The notes: generated by a model from the sequence alone, not told the origin. 64,000 bases of DNA from Octopus sinensis (GCF_006345805.1 NC_043012.1:24924001-24988000), one strand, 5' to 3'. Counted from the stretch's first letter, positions 24,770 through 38,892 are shown. A program made the numbers and translations.

Positions 24770-24998
24770 CGGCGAGCTGGCAGAATCGTTAGCACGCCGG
24801 GCGAAATGCGTAGCCGTATTTCGTCTGCCGTTACGTTCTGGGTTCAAATTCCGCCGAGGTCGACTTTGCCATTCATCCTTTCGGGGTCGATAAATTAAGT
24901 ACCAGTTACGCACTGGGGTCGATGTAATCGACTTAATCCGTTTGTCTGTTCTTGTTTGTCCTCTCTGTGTTTAGCCCTTTGTGGGAAGTAAAGAAATA
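24770..24998 (+). mobile_element. SINE-B full-length copy with 18-bp target-site duplication
   Basis: TATATTTTTATTTTTAGG occurs at 24752-24769 and 24999-25016. Confidence 0.92.
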
Positions 24999-26001
24999 TA
25001 TATTTTTATTTTTAGGTCATTCTTCTTCGTGTGGTTAATTACCTTTATATGTAAACGCAGTAAAGACGATAAGAGTGAAGGGAAGATTCGATCGAGTGAA
25101 GTCTAGAAAACCCGCCACTTTGTTCAAATTTCTATTCATATCCGTTTCCATCGATAGGAAACGAAAATTACGATTTCTTATTGCTTTTCGTAAAATCTGG
25201 AGTCATTGCTGGATATTGGCCGACAAAAGAGAACCGAATGCAGCCACGCTGCATTAGACGCTAGTTCGAACGACCGGGGGGAAGGTCTGGTACACCTGCA
25301 CTCCTTGTTCCTGACTCTTTCTTTCATAGATGTACAACCGCTCAAGCTGTCGATGTAAATAAATCTCTAACACGAGGGATTATTTGTTATTTTCTGCTAC
25401 TTTATTATTTTCCTTGAACCGTCACTCTCTCGTGCTTGCATGATTACAGAATCGGCCACAACATTAATCTCATTTTCCAGAGTTATTCTGTTTCTTTTTC
25501 TGTTTCTTTTCGTGGAGCCGTCGTGTTTAATACAAACTTTTAAATATAGAACAAATGACGAATTGAAAAAGAACGACTATTCAGGGGATCACAAACATCT
25601 TATATTCTTCGCTATGTCCCACCCTAAAAAAATGTGACAACAACATAATTATTAATTTATTGCTAAGTCGATCATCCAGCAATTATTGAATAGACATGAT
25701 CAAAACTACTCCATATATGACCAAACCGTTTTGTTTTTCGGTAATAGTGTTCCTACGACTACATTATGAAATGTCTTCTTAAAAAGTAGTAGGCAATCAC
25801 TTGAGAGAGATTTGACGGCTATGTAAAGCATGTCGAGAGACCACGCAGAAGTATCTCCATTGGCTTGTAAAAAGATAAGCAAAATCAAGACTGTTTCTTT
25901 GGGACACTGACAATATTTTAGCAAGCCACAACCATAATCCGACACATTTAAAACCAAATAGAGCGCTTATAGAAAACACTATCATTTTATATTATTATTT
26001 C

Positions 26002-26042
<41 letters not shown>

Positions 26043-26098
26043 TATTATTATATTATTATTGATAACTTGATATCTAATTCCTCCTTGCTTTCGTTCTC

Positions 26099-26152
<54 letters not shown>

Positions 26153-27605
26153 TTCTCAGAATAAAGTCTGAGACAATTAATCCCATTCGTCTTGTCAATT
26201 CTGTTCTATCTATCTTCATTTGATCTCAACACTTCAAATACTGATCAAATTCTTTGAGATTACTTTATTACCTTAAAGATTATATCTTTTGCTCTTTGGC
26301 GTTTAAACTGTTTTATTTATTTCCCATAATTCTTATTACACCTCGTCCCTCTCCTGCTCCGCTTTATCTATGTATATTACCGTACCGCTAGTATATTTAG
26401 TTGACATAACTGTCATGGTTGTCAAACTGTTCTGTACTACTGTCTTTTTTATCGCCCATCTGTCTGTCTCGTCTTATATAGAAATCGACTTTATATATTA
26501 TATATAAAGTTGTTAGTTACATATATACATGTATGCATAATATTCACTTACATATATACACACAGACATACACATATATATATATATATATATTTATATA
26601 TGCGTGTGTGTATTGCTATATGTCCATATATACTATGAAAATATATCCATGTATATATGTATGCGCGCGCATACAAACACACACACACACACACGCATAG
26701 TTTTATCTCTCTAAAAATGGTCCGGCTTAATGTTGATAAACAATGAGGAGGAGAGTAGGAGGATGGAGAAGAAAACGAAGAAGAAGAAGCAAAACTGTGG
26801 TATGTAGTGTGAGATTTGCCTCGTAATTGCATATATCATAGAAAGATCAGATTTAGTTAGTAATAGATTTCACGATGGAACCTATAATTTTCACGCGAAT
26901 TATGCCTTCAAAATAGCAAGATTTATGTCTTGGAGAATTTCTAAATACATTACTACTGACTCATAAGATTTCGTGTAGGACATTTCGTATTTTCTGCCTT
27001 GATAACTTGTTAGTTGTCGACAAATATTTCCTCGTTCATAAAAGCTTTACTTTGTTTCACCTCTTTTGGAAGTGTTTTTTTTTTCTCTAATAGTTATATG
27101 TATGTATTCCTCAATAGCAAAGAACCAAGAATCTGACCAGAAAACCAGAAGATACGTCAGGTTAGGGATTGATCAATCACCGCTCCGTGGTTTTATTCGG
27201 TTTCTTTATGGAAGCCACGTGTCTAGTTAACTGATGTCCCTCTGTCTGTCTGTCTGTCTGTCCCTGTACTTTTATCACTGGGTCCTCTCTGAAGTAGCTA
27301 TTGTAATGTTTTCTTTTTGCTTCTTACAGTCATTGCACTGCGGCGGCTACGCTGGAGCACTGCCTTGAAGGGTTTAATCAAACAAATGGAACCCAGTTCT
27401 ATTGTTTTTTTTCAGTCTGCTACTTAAGCTGCCAAATAACGAGACGTAAACAAACCAACAAGGGTCGTTAAATGGTGTGGGAACACTTAGACACACATAC
27501 ATACATACATACATAAATACATTCATTCATACATACATACATACAAACGGGAACATGAAACTCCGAGTAACAGCTTTTGTTAAATTTCTGCTGCTTTTAA
27601 ATAAA

Positions 27606-27669
<64 letters not shown>

Positions 27670-27857
27670 TACAGCGGAAAAGAAGGAAAGACAACGAGCT
27701 TCCACACAGCTTCTTTATTCCGAATTCACTCAGAAAGCATTGATCGACTCTGGGCTATAATAGAAGACAAAGTACCGCGCATTGGGACTGAACCTGAAAC
27801 CACGTGCTTCCAAAGCAAGCTCCTTAACCACGCAACCATACATGCGCCTCTCTTTCT

Positions 27858-27896
<39 letters not shown>

Positions 27897-28560
27897 TATA
27901 TATATATATATATGTGTGTGTATGTGTTTCTTTAAAGAAACCAAATGCAGATCATCTGGTGCTGTTTAAATCTAAAAACTGCAAACTACAGAAAGATTTC
28001 AACCACAAATGATTTGGTAACACGCTGTCCATGACAGGCGATAGCAAGCAACACTATTTTAGAGAAGCATTAACAATGTCCTTATGTAGTTTACCTTCTA
28101 GAAATGGTAGCTAAATTCCTTCAATCTATACTCTACCACCACAGTTTGTCCTTCGTTGAGAAATCGTTTGATGCATGATGTTCCAGTATAATTTTTATGG
28201 ATTGTTTCACTTTGTAATGATTCTTTGATAAGAATTCTAACAACCGGAAGTAAAGATCACACACACATACTCAAGGAAACAAAGAAACACAGAACACCTT
28301 TTTGCCTGTTGTTGATATTTTTCTGAGTTACAGGTCGATAAGAGATACTTTCTCAAGTCTGAAACCGCGGTTTAGAAGGCTTTTAATAGCTTACACAGTG
28401 TGGTGAGCATGTGTACAGATCACTAATGTTGAACCAATAATATTTCCATCGCAAATGATGAATTTTTGCTGAGTCTGCCGGCTAAACGCGACACCAGTGA
28501 CCTTTCAATTCCTGTTTAAATGTGTCAGCTGGTAACCGATGTTTGTTTGACACGGATATT

Positions 28561-28601
28561 TGCTGCTGATGAAGCTAACAAGCAGAAATCCGGACCTAGC
28601 A
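28561..28601 (+). ncRNA. Minimal type I hammerhead-like motif (U16.1 to C)
   Basis: tgctg CTGATGA a GCT aaca AGC a GAAA tccgga CC tagca; stem I is tgctg/tagca and stem III would be the palindrome ATCCGGAT with one change. Confidence 0.4.
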
Positions 28602-30514
28602 GAAATGCTATGCAGCCTTCACCCGCTGATGATATTTTCCTGTGTTAACACGATGCGTCTATAAGAGTTACTTTCTGAAGGCGAAAAACGCAGTTTAGGA
28701 GGTTTTCAACAGTGTACACACTTTCAGTGTGTATACAAATCGCACTTTTTTCTCACGTTGTACCAAGTTATCCAGTTAAAGATGAACACCGACCGGCTGA
28801 TGGTGCAACCCTCTGACTGCCTCATTCTTGAGGTCCTGATGCGGCAAGACCGGGAGGGTAGAGAGGATGTCTATATCCACTCACGATTAAAAAGACATCG
28901 AAATAGTTAGCCTAAACAAGGTAGATGCACCCGAGTCTTTTGTGCGCATGTATGTATGTATTGTGTATGTATGTATATGTTTCTTTGTTTTATATATGCA
29001 TATGTAGGTATTTATGTACGTATATTAGCGTGTGTGTGTGTATATAATGGGTACATGTGTGAGCATACCTACCTATATATATATGTATGTACATATATAC
29101 AATATGGCGTTTCTACACCACTGCAAGGCATATACAATACAAGCCTTATATTCTATGAATGAATGCAAATAACAAATCAGATTTTACTATAGATGTTACA
29201 TTTTTATGGTTTCGATATATAAATTGTATGCTCACGCTTCTAAACATGTGCCGACCCTATTAGCGCCAACTCTCTCTCTCTCTCTCTATCTCTATCTCTC
29301 TTCCTTCCTCTCCCTCTCCCTCTTTCTCACCCTCTCTGTCTCTGTGTCTTTCTCTCTTTCTTTTTCTCTCAGTCACTATATATGTGTATGTGTGTGTGTG
29401 TGTGTGTGTGTGTAGCGTAATATCGGAATTGTTTTGATAGTGACTTCGAAGTTTTGCATGTCGTTGCTTATTCAAAGTACTTTTTTTTTTAGATAAGCCA
29501 CCTTTGGAAAGGTGTTAATAAAATCATATATATATATATATAATGGTAAGAAAATGCACACACACACACATGTATGTGTATATATACATGTATGTGTATA
29601 TGTATATAGGCTTTGTAGAGAAATAAAAATGTCTGGAAGGCTTGTAGCTAGAGTGGATATACCGAGTGGCCAATCCTGAAATTACATCATCCATTTGTAA
29701 GAAAAATTCACGTCAAGCAAACTCCAGCCTGTTCGATGAAAGTAGTGGTGGTCGTGGCGATGATACGGTGATCGACGCAGTAGCGTTGTTGTTCGTGGTG
29801 GTGGTGTAGCTGATAGTGGTGATGATGATGGTGGGGTGTTTGCTGGTAATAATGATGGTGGTGGTGCATTCGTAATAAAGGCGTTGTTAGTTCTAGTCGT
29901 TGTGGTGTTAGGAGTGGGTCTGTTAGCGGTGGAAACGGTGGAGTGACCGAGTAAGTAGAGGAGATGAGGGGTGATGGAGGTTGGTGAGGTAGTGAATATT
30001 GGAGCAGTACTCTCGCAGACTTAATAACACCATTAGTTACTTAAATTAATTGCCGTATAGAAGCATGATCAGAGAAGTATATTTAAATTCTCACCACCAC
30101 TTCTCAACTTCTCTTTCTTTCTTTCTTCCTCTTTTTCAATCTCTCTCTCTCTCTCTCTCACTCTCTCTCTCTCTCCCTCGACTTGAACTCATTGATCAAT
30201 CCTAAGAAAACTGTCAACCCTCCAGGGTGTAGTTACACGTCCCGGCATTCTCACGTCTCTACAACCACCATTGCTAATTGGCTGAAACGCGTAGCTTCCC
30301 CCTGCGTTCTCTTGCACTGTCTTGCAATGCAACACACATTCCCCGAAGACACTGCTGCCACCACCACCAACACCACCATCAACAACAACAAAAACAAAAT
30401 CACCACCATCGCGAACCAAGGTACGGCTGATGAAAATCAGTGTTCCGAGAATCCCTAAAGTATAATTAGGGTTTTATAGCCCTGAGAACAAAACTAGACA
30501 GTGTCTCTGTGTAT

Positions 30515-30554
<40 letters not shown>

Positions 30555-30762
30555 GTGTATGTGCGCGCGCACACACACGCACACAGCCTTCGTTCTTCGA
30601 AAATCTTTGTCTGTGTTTCATATTCCGCACCGCAAAGTCTCACCCTCTCATTTTCTCTCTCTCTCTATCGTTCTTTCACTATATATATTCACACACATAG
30701 ACACACACACACACACAATATATGTATATAGATAATGTATAAGCGTGTACATATATATATAT

Positions 30763-30820
<58 letters not shown>

Positions 30821-30836
<16 letters not shown>

Positions 30837-31098
30837 ATAAACGTGTACATATATGCATATACTGACGTATATACGTATGTGTATGAGCATCTGCGTGTCT
30901 GCATACAAATGTATAAATTTATTCATACATGTATATACGTACGTATACAATGGCATCGCAATGTTATATCTATCATATTCATTCTATAATTTTACTGTAA
31001 ATTAAATTCATATTGTCTATATACATGTATGTCTCCAGATAGTTCCGTATTTATCTATAAATGGATTTTAAAATGTGTGTGTGTGTGCGTCTTTTACT

Positions 31099-31146
<48 letters not shown>

Positions 31147-31219
31147 GTATATATATATGTATTATATATATTATATGTATATATATATATGTATATATAT
31201 ATATGTATATATATATATG

Positions 31220-31250
<31 letters not shown>

Positions 31251-31950
31251 GTATATATATATGTATATATATATGTATATATATATATGTATATATATAT
31301 ATGTATATATATATGTATATATATATGTATATATATATATGTATATATATATGTATATATATATATATGTATATATATATATGTATATATATATATGTAT
31401 ATATGTATATATATATATGTATATATATATGTATATATGTATATATATATATGTATATATATATATGTATCTATGTATATATATATATGTATATATGTAT
31501 CTATGTATATATGTATCTATGTATATATATATATGTATATGTATATATGTATCTATGTATATATATATATGTATATATATATATATGTATCTATGTATAT
31601 GTGTGTATGTATATGTGTGTATGTATTTTTATGTATATATTTCTATGTGTGTATATGTACGTATATATATGTACGTATGTATACGTGCGTATGTGTGCGG
31701 AAGTATGTGTACGTACGTGTGTGTACGTAGATATATATATGTGTGTGTGTGTGTATAAACGTGTACATATATGCATATACTGACGTATATACGTATGTGT
31801 ATGAGCATCTGCGTGTCTGCATACAAATGTATAAATTTATTCATACATGTATATACGTACGTATACAATGGCATCGCAATGTTATATCTATCATATTCAT
31901 TCTATAATTTTACTGTAAATTAAATTCATATTGTCTATATACATGTATGT
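30821..31950 (+). repeat. ~212-bp direct duplication (30821-31032 and 31737-31950) flanking a (TA)n-G array
   Basis: The two copies read identical by eye apart from microsatellite length; period ~918 bp. Confidence 0.9.
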
Positions 31951-32070
31951 GTATGCATATGTGTATATACATGTATATATATGTATATGTATATATGTAT
32001 ATATATGTATATATATACATGTATATATATGTATATATATACATGTATGTATATATATATATATATATAT

Positions 32071-32105
<35 letters not shown>

Positions 32106-32232
32106 TATATACATGTATGTGTATGCATATGTGTATATACATGTATGTATATGTACATACGTATATACATGTATGCATATGTATATACATATCTGTATGT
32201 GTATGTAAGTATATGCATGTGTATATATATAT

Positions 32233-32266
<34 letters not shown>

Positions 32267-32544
32267 GTATATGTGTTTGTAAATAAGCACGATAGCTCAA
32301 ATATATTTGTGCAAATATTTGCTTTAAGATGGCGTCAATAGCAAAGCATAGATAGCGAAGAGGAGAAAATATTGCTAACTTACTTTTCTAGTAATCGGGG
32401 TCCTCCATGTGGAGATTAGATGCACTAGAAATGGCAACCAAATCTTGAAAAATATAACTTCCACAATGCCGTTGTGTGTATATACTCCGTCAAAGCACAA
32501 GTTAGTCATTTCTAGCCCTGGATTGTTTAGAAGCACATTTGGCA

Positions 32545-32915
32545 ACCATTTGGTTTCAGATTTAGTTCCATTGTGCGGCACGTTGGGGAAATATTTTCTG
32601 TTATAACTTCGAGCCGACAAATGCTTTGTGCACGAATTTGCTAGGCGAAAACTGTGATGAAGCCCGTCGTGTTTATATATATATATATATATATATATCG
32701 TGTGTCTTTGTGTTTTTATTTCTCCCCTTAAGGCTTTTTAACCGATGTTAGTTTGTTTACGTTCCCGTAACTTAGTAGTTCTGCAAAAGTGAGCGATGGA
32801 ATAAGTATTAGACATTTAAGAAAAGAAGTACTGAGGTCGAACAAATTGTTCGACCCTTCCAAGGAGGTGCCCCAGAATGGCCGCAATCATTTGACTAAAA
32901 CATGTAAAAGATAAA
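32545..32915 (+). mobile_element. SINE-A, old copy
   Basis: Degenerate head, internal (TA)n and GGTGCCCCAGAATGGCCGC 3' motif. Confidence 0.7.
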
Positions 32916-32957
32916 GATACGATAACAGCAATGAAACGAAACGTTAATTCTCAATTT

Positions 32958-33039
<82 letters not shown>

Positions 33040-33899
33040 AATACGTTGCTGCCCCTTCCGGATAGACAGAGGTCTTTTATGAACTCACGCTGTCTTTAGT
33101 TTCAGAGTTCATCGCACGTTCATAGGCAGTCTCTCTCTATCTCTCTCTCTTTCTCTCTCTCTCTCACACACACACACATTCAGCTTTGAATTTAGTGATA
33201 TCTGCACTTGGCAGTACTCCGATAACAATTGGTTGTATTTTAGTAATACAGAGAATTCGATCTCGTGACGCAAAGAGTTTGTTGAAACATCTAACAGAAG
33301 GCATCTCAACTGATACTCTAACAATTCCGCCATTTCCACCACAACATGGACTGGCCCTTTGTTCTTCGTTGAAAGACAAAATTGACTTCAGTTGGATTTG
33401 AACTTAAAGGATAGAGATGGGCAAACCGCGCCGATGACTCTTTGCTCAGCCTCTGAAATTGGTTGATGATAGAGCAGAAAAACTGTCGATCCACGGACTT
33501 CTGCAGTGAGATGAAGAGCAGCAAGACAACGATTCATCGTTGGACCTAATCCAAATAGTTGCTAAATACCACCCCAAGGGTCAGATGCCAGTGTTAAACC
33601 GAATGAAAGTGTATTGATCTGCTAGATGTAATCGCCGAAACTCTCCCAAATCATGCCCTGTTGTCTTAAAGTATAAACTTAATACGAAATATGTCTAATG
33701 GACAATATAGTTCAAGATATACTATACGTGAAAGAATAAAACAAATGGTGTGGTCATGGTGGGTATGTTTTTAATCAAAGACGTAGTTCAATCCAGATTT
33801 TCTACCCACCAAATATTATTTTATTGACTTAATTGACTTAAAGAGTAGTAATAGTGATGATCATTGCCGGAGGACGGGAAGATATTTTATGCAGAGGCT

Positions 33900-34077
33900 C
33901 AGAGCTGGATTTAAATTTGTATGGTCCTAAGCTATGTATGATGTGGAGGTTCCTAGTTTTAAGAATAAGGAATTCATCGAAGCTCTAACAAATAGTAGCT
34001 ATTTATTTATTTTGAGGCCCCTGTGGACTGTAAGGCTTAAGTTGTAGTTTATTAACCTATAACTAAATCCAGCACAG
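33900..34077. mobile_element. Probable hAT (Tip100-like) MITE
   Basis: CAGAGCTGGATTTA ... TAAATCCAGCACAG imperfect TIRs; target duplication poorly preserved. Confidence 0.5.
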
Positions 34078-34299
34078 CTCAAGCTGCAGAATTAGTCCAG
34101 ATGCTTACAACAAAGTGAAACCCGTCAAAAAGTATTCAAATGCCAGGCCGTGAAGTTAAGCCGAGTGATGGATCAAGCCCACATCACAACAAAAGGGAAA
34201 GTTCCCTTCGACGAGATTCTACACAGTTTCCGCCTCCCAAATTTTACTCAAAAATGTCTGGGCGAGCTGTGGATATGGCAGATCACTGGCTCTTATTCA

Positions 34300-34702
34300 T
34301 AACTGGCAGTATCGCCCGGCGTTGCTCGGGTTTGTAAGGGAAATAACTATATAAACATTTTTAGAGAGTTATAGCCAAAAATTAGCAAAAGAAAATGCAT
34401 TAAGAATGGAAAAAAAATTATGGTAAATTTTTTTTTAAATCGTTGACTCATCGCAGACATTTTTAGAGAGTTACTTCCCTTATATAATAGCGAAAAAATG
34501 CATTAAAATCGAAAAAATGATGGTAAATTATTTTTAAAATCGTAGACTCATCGTAGACGCGCGCTAATACCCAGAAGGGCTCGATATGAATCACGACTAT
34601 AAGATACCCGCTTTTGGTTACACTGCACCGCAAAATGTGGGAGTAGTTAGGAATCTAAATCGTAGGAGACAGACACACAACTTGACTTTTATATATAAAG
34701 AT
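34300..34702 (+). mobile_element. Non-autonomous Helentron/HINE-like element with internal ~100-bp tandem repeat
   Basis: 5' AACTGGCAGTATCGCCCGGCGTTGCTCGGG; two diverged units (34355-34457, 34458-34557); 3' ...ACAGACACACAACTTGACTTTTATATATAAAGAT. This layout resembles DINE-1/Lep1-type elements. Confidence 0.6.
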
Positions 34703-35753
34703 GTCACTCAGTGCGCTCCAACAAGCAATCACATAGCTGATAAGCGAATTCCTTAACTCTGCGGCCACACCTGCGCCAAATCTGCCTCAAATCATATTCC
34801 ATCATTTAAAGTGGGGTCGGCAAACGTTGAAAAATGTAGTTTTAAAAACAGTAAAGCGGAATAGTGTAAGTCAAGATTGTCACTGATGAAATGCTGGTAG
34901 GATGAAAGTCCGAGTCATCCTCGACAGGATTCAGACTCCACGCGACTGAGCGAAATTATAAAATTCCACAAGGCATTTTATCGGGCCACGCTACAACCGA
35001 TTTACAAACCTACCGACCCCTCTATTTTACTACATGAATTAATATAACTTACAGCAAAAAATTTGCTCTAGATAGGATGGATTCGAAACTGTGATGCGGG
35101 TATGAAACATGGTCTTAGTTTACATGTGAAGTAGTTAAAGTTTCCACCACCGCCACAGCTCACCACAGGCCATCGGTTTTCCACAAAAGGGATCTCTTCT
35201 AATATATTTCCTTTTTGATAATCTATTTTCCTTTCGTCTTTTATTTTTTCTCATTCTGTCCTCCTTTGTCTTCTTCCTGTTTGCATCCTTCGTTTCTTGT
35301 CATGCTTGTATATTTTTTTATTATTATTTATCTATATTTCATCTATCTCTCTTTATCTTTTTTTTTTTTTTCAAATTTTATATTTTATTTTATTTCCATA
35401 TTCTGTTTCCTCTCCTCAACTTTCTAACAACCATCACCATCACCACCAACGTAACATCAAACCTGCATCCCACGTCCACACTTCGCTTCTCTCATTTTCT
35501 CATCTGTCTTCTTTCACTTTGAAAGTCCCTATTTTTTTCTGTGTGTGTGTTTTGTTGCTCTCTGATATCTTTCAAATTTCTTTCCTTGTCCACACATACA
35601 CACTTTTACATTCCCTTTGTAAGATATATAATTTTTTCCTTTCCTCATAGCTTGCCATTTTCTCTTTCATTCTTCCTTTTTGTGTTTCTATATTCTTTGA
35701 TTCAGTTTCATGTTTTTTTTTACTTTTCCTGTGTGTGTCTTCATTCGTTTTTA

Positions 35754-35847
<94 letters not shown>

Positions 35848-35949
35848 TGTATGTATGTATGTATGTAGTCCTTGAGTTCTTTCTGAAAGAAAAAATACAC
35901 CTCATAATTTTTGAGATGAAATTTGCCATTTATCAGAACAGCTATTAGC

Positions 35950-35991
<42 letters not shown>

Positions 35992-36114
35992 TAATAATAA
36001 TAATAATATTAATGATGATGATGATTTCTTTATTGGCCACAAGGACTCGAAGAGATGCAGAAAAAAAGTAGAAGTAAACGTGAAGATAGAGAACATCGAG
36101 AGAAAATATCGTTA

Positions 36115-36215
36115 CTTAGAACATTATGAATTCTCTGCAGAGTTCTTGAAACCTGAATGAAGAGTGTTACCTTAGTTCACAGGTTGTGGACAGCTGACAC
36201 TTTGTTATATTTTCT
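36115..36215 (+). mobile_element. Short 3'-end fragment of the R4/Dong-like family seen at 22.4-23.3 kb
   Basis: GTTCTTGAAACCTGA...ACCTTAGT...GTGGACAGCTGACACT matches the 3' end of that element; followed by (ATT)n. Confidence 0.6.
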
Positions 36216-36262
36216 AGCAAAGTTGCTGTTATTATTATTTTTAATAAGATTTATTATTATTA

Positions 36263-36293
<31 letters not shown>

Positions 36294-36522
36294 GTTATTA
36301 TTATTATTATTACTATTATTATTACTATTATTATTATTATTATTTTTATTTTTATTTTTATTATTACTATTTACTTTTAATCTGCATGTTTGTTACAATC
36401 ACTTGCCGAGACACACCCAGCGTTCTGGGGTGAGTGAAGGATAAGCCTGGGGAGGGGAAATGACAGGGGCAGTAGCAAAGTATCTTCATGTAATACAACA
36501 CAAACATTTAGATTTATTATTA

Positions 36523-36563
<41 letters not shown>

Positions 36564-36574
36564 CCAGTCTATTA

Positions 36575-36775
36575 TAGGCACAAGTTCTGATTTTGTGAGG
36601 AAGGAGGCTAATCAATAATATTGTCCCCAGTGCGCAACTGGTACTTATTACACCGATACCGAAATGATGAAATGCAAAGTTGACATCGCTGGAATTTGAA
36701 CTCAGAGCGTAAAGACGAACGAATTACCGCTAAGCATTTTGTCCGACGTGTTAACGATTCTGCCAGCTCAACGCA
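36575..36775 (-). mobile_element. SINE-B copy
   Basis: Reverse-complement head (ACGATTCTGCCAGCTC) and core. Confidence 0.75.
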
Positions 36776-36796
36776 GTAATATTAATATTTATAAGC

Positions 36797-38046
36797 ACCT
36801 TAAACTTCTCTTGAAATCAAAACTCAAGGAACCTTGTGACTGCCATCAACACTGGGGCGGTTGCTGTAGTCCGCTATAGTGCACCCATCCTGAGATGGAC
36901 ACAAGCGGAGATTGACCAACTTGATCGTACTACCCGAGAGACAATGACAATGCATAGAGCCCTCCACCCTAAGGCAAATGTACACAGGCTCTACATGAAG
37001 AGAGGTAAAGGTAGAGGTGGGCTGATTAGCGTACGGGAATGCATCAACAGTGAAAAAAGAAACCTGGCAGATTATTTGGAAAACAGCAAACAAGACCTGC
37101 TGCGGTATGGTGCTAATACAGTAGGATTTAACAAAAATGGACTTGCGAGTGCTCATGAAATCCGATCAAGAACAGCCAGCGAAAGAGAAAAAACCCTACT
37201 CTGCATGGAATTACATGGTCAGTTCCACTGTGAAACCAACAAATTAAAAGACCAAAATGTATCATGGAGGTGGCGTAATAAAAGTGACCCCCAAAAAAAT
37301 ACTGAAAGCTTAATCATCGCTGTCCAAAACCAGGCATTGAACACCAACTCAGAAAGAATATATACCACACAAGTGCAATGGACTTCTGCAGAATTGTGTG
37401 GGAAGAGAGACGAAAGTGTGACTCACATTGTTAGCGCTTGTGAAAGTCTTACGCAAAAAGATTACTAGCATAGACACAAGGTAGCCCAAAACCTCCACTG
37501 GCTACTATGTGGTTACGAGTGCTTGGTACCAACATACACCGGAGAAGGTAATGGACGAAAAGGGGAAGGCAAAAATCCTCTGAGACTTTGACTTCCAGAT
37601 AGACATGGTATTAGAGCACCGAAGGTCGGATATAGTAACCTTTAGGAGGGACAAACGAGAGTGCCTAATAATCAACGTGGAAGTGCCAGGAGATCAACAT
37701 ATAATGAAAGAAAGAGAAAAAGTTGATAAATATGGAAACCTGAGAATTGAGATGGCTAAGATGTGGCAGCTACACGAGTCAAACATAAAGGTTATCCCTA
37801 TTGTTATTAGAGCATTTGGTTCAATACCACCCAATCTGAAAAACAAATATCTGAAAACCTTAGAAATACCCTACAATGTAGGTGTATTGCAAAAGTCGAC
37901 ATTACTTGGGACTGCACGCATATTGCGTAAAGTACTGTCTGTCTGAGGTCCTTGTTGTGACTTGACAAACAGTGCAAACCCCCAGTAAATGCAATATCTT
38001 CAATCTTCAACCTTACGATATTGTATACTGTGCGACATCTATACTG

Positions 38047-38078
<32 letters not shown>

Positions 38079-38089
38079 AATAATAATAA
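36797..38089 (+). mobile_element. R4/Dong-like REL LINE, 5'-truncated, with (AAT)n tail
   Basis: ORF 36836-37468 reads AINTGAVAVVRYSAPILRW...HPKANVHRLYMKRGKGRGGLISV...HGQF...ESLIIAVQNQAL. ORF 37605-37946 reads HRRSDIV...EKVDKY...VIPIVIRAFGS...LQKSTLLGTARILRKVL. Tail at 38047-38089. Confidence 0.92.
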
Positions 38090-38091
38090 GT

Positions 38092-38460
38092 CTTTTTACT
38101 AAAGACACAAGGCTTGAAATTTGGAGGGAGGAGACTAGTCGGTTGCATCGACTCCAGTTTCAGTAGTACTTAATTTATCGATCCCGAAAGGATGAAAGGC
38201 AAAGTTGACCTTGGCGGAATTTGAACTCAGAATGTAGCGATGGGCGAAATACCGCTCGGCATATCGTTCAGCGTGCTCACCGCCTTGTTAATGATAATAA
38301 CTCTTTCTATTATAGGCACAAGGCCTGAAATTTTAGGGGAGGGCACCAGTCGATTAGATCGACTCCATTATGCAACTGGTACATAATTTATTGGCCCCGA
38401 AAGGGATGGAAGGCAGTCGACCTCGGCGGAATTTAAACTCGGAACGTAGCGACGAGCCTT
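38092..38460 (-). mobile_element. Two tandem SINE-B copies
   Basis: Two reverse-complement cores (ATCGATCCCGAAAGGATGAAAGGC; CCCCGAAAGGGATGGAAGGC) separated by AAT repeats. Confidence 0.75.
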
Positions 38461-38892
38461 AGTAATAATAATGAAAATAATAATGATTTCTTTATTAACC
38501 ACTAATGGCCGAGGACGGTAGACGATACATTATGATATGAAGTGGGGTCACTTGAAAGAATGTAAAAAGCGAAATGTTATTTAAAAGCAAAACAAAAATT
38601 CAAGCAAAAAACCTCCCCAAAAAGGAGAGAAACATTCAAGGAATGGTCGTGGAAACCCCACAAAACCACATTTCTTTTGGTCACTAGGGCAAGTGCCCAC
38701 TGAGGTAAGGCGCTACGATCAGGCGTTAATATATAACGGAGGTGAGGAATGCGTTTTCCACCTCAGCCCGACCTTTCAGGGTAGTTTTTTTCTCGTCCTA
38801 TTTCTGGATGAGATAGCCACTTTCTCATCAACTTGTCCCAGTGTCAGGACAGACTAAGTATTTTTTTCCGGCGCCTTAATAATAATAGAGAT

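Noticed and set aside
38480-38875. Possible L1/Tx1-like 3' end on the minus strand
   Set aside because: Only a vague resemblance; no protein motif I can defend.
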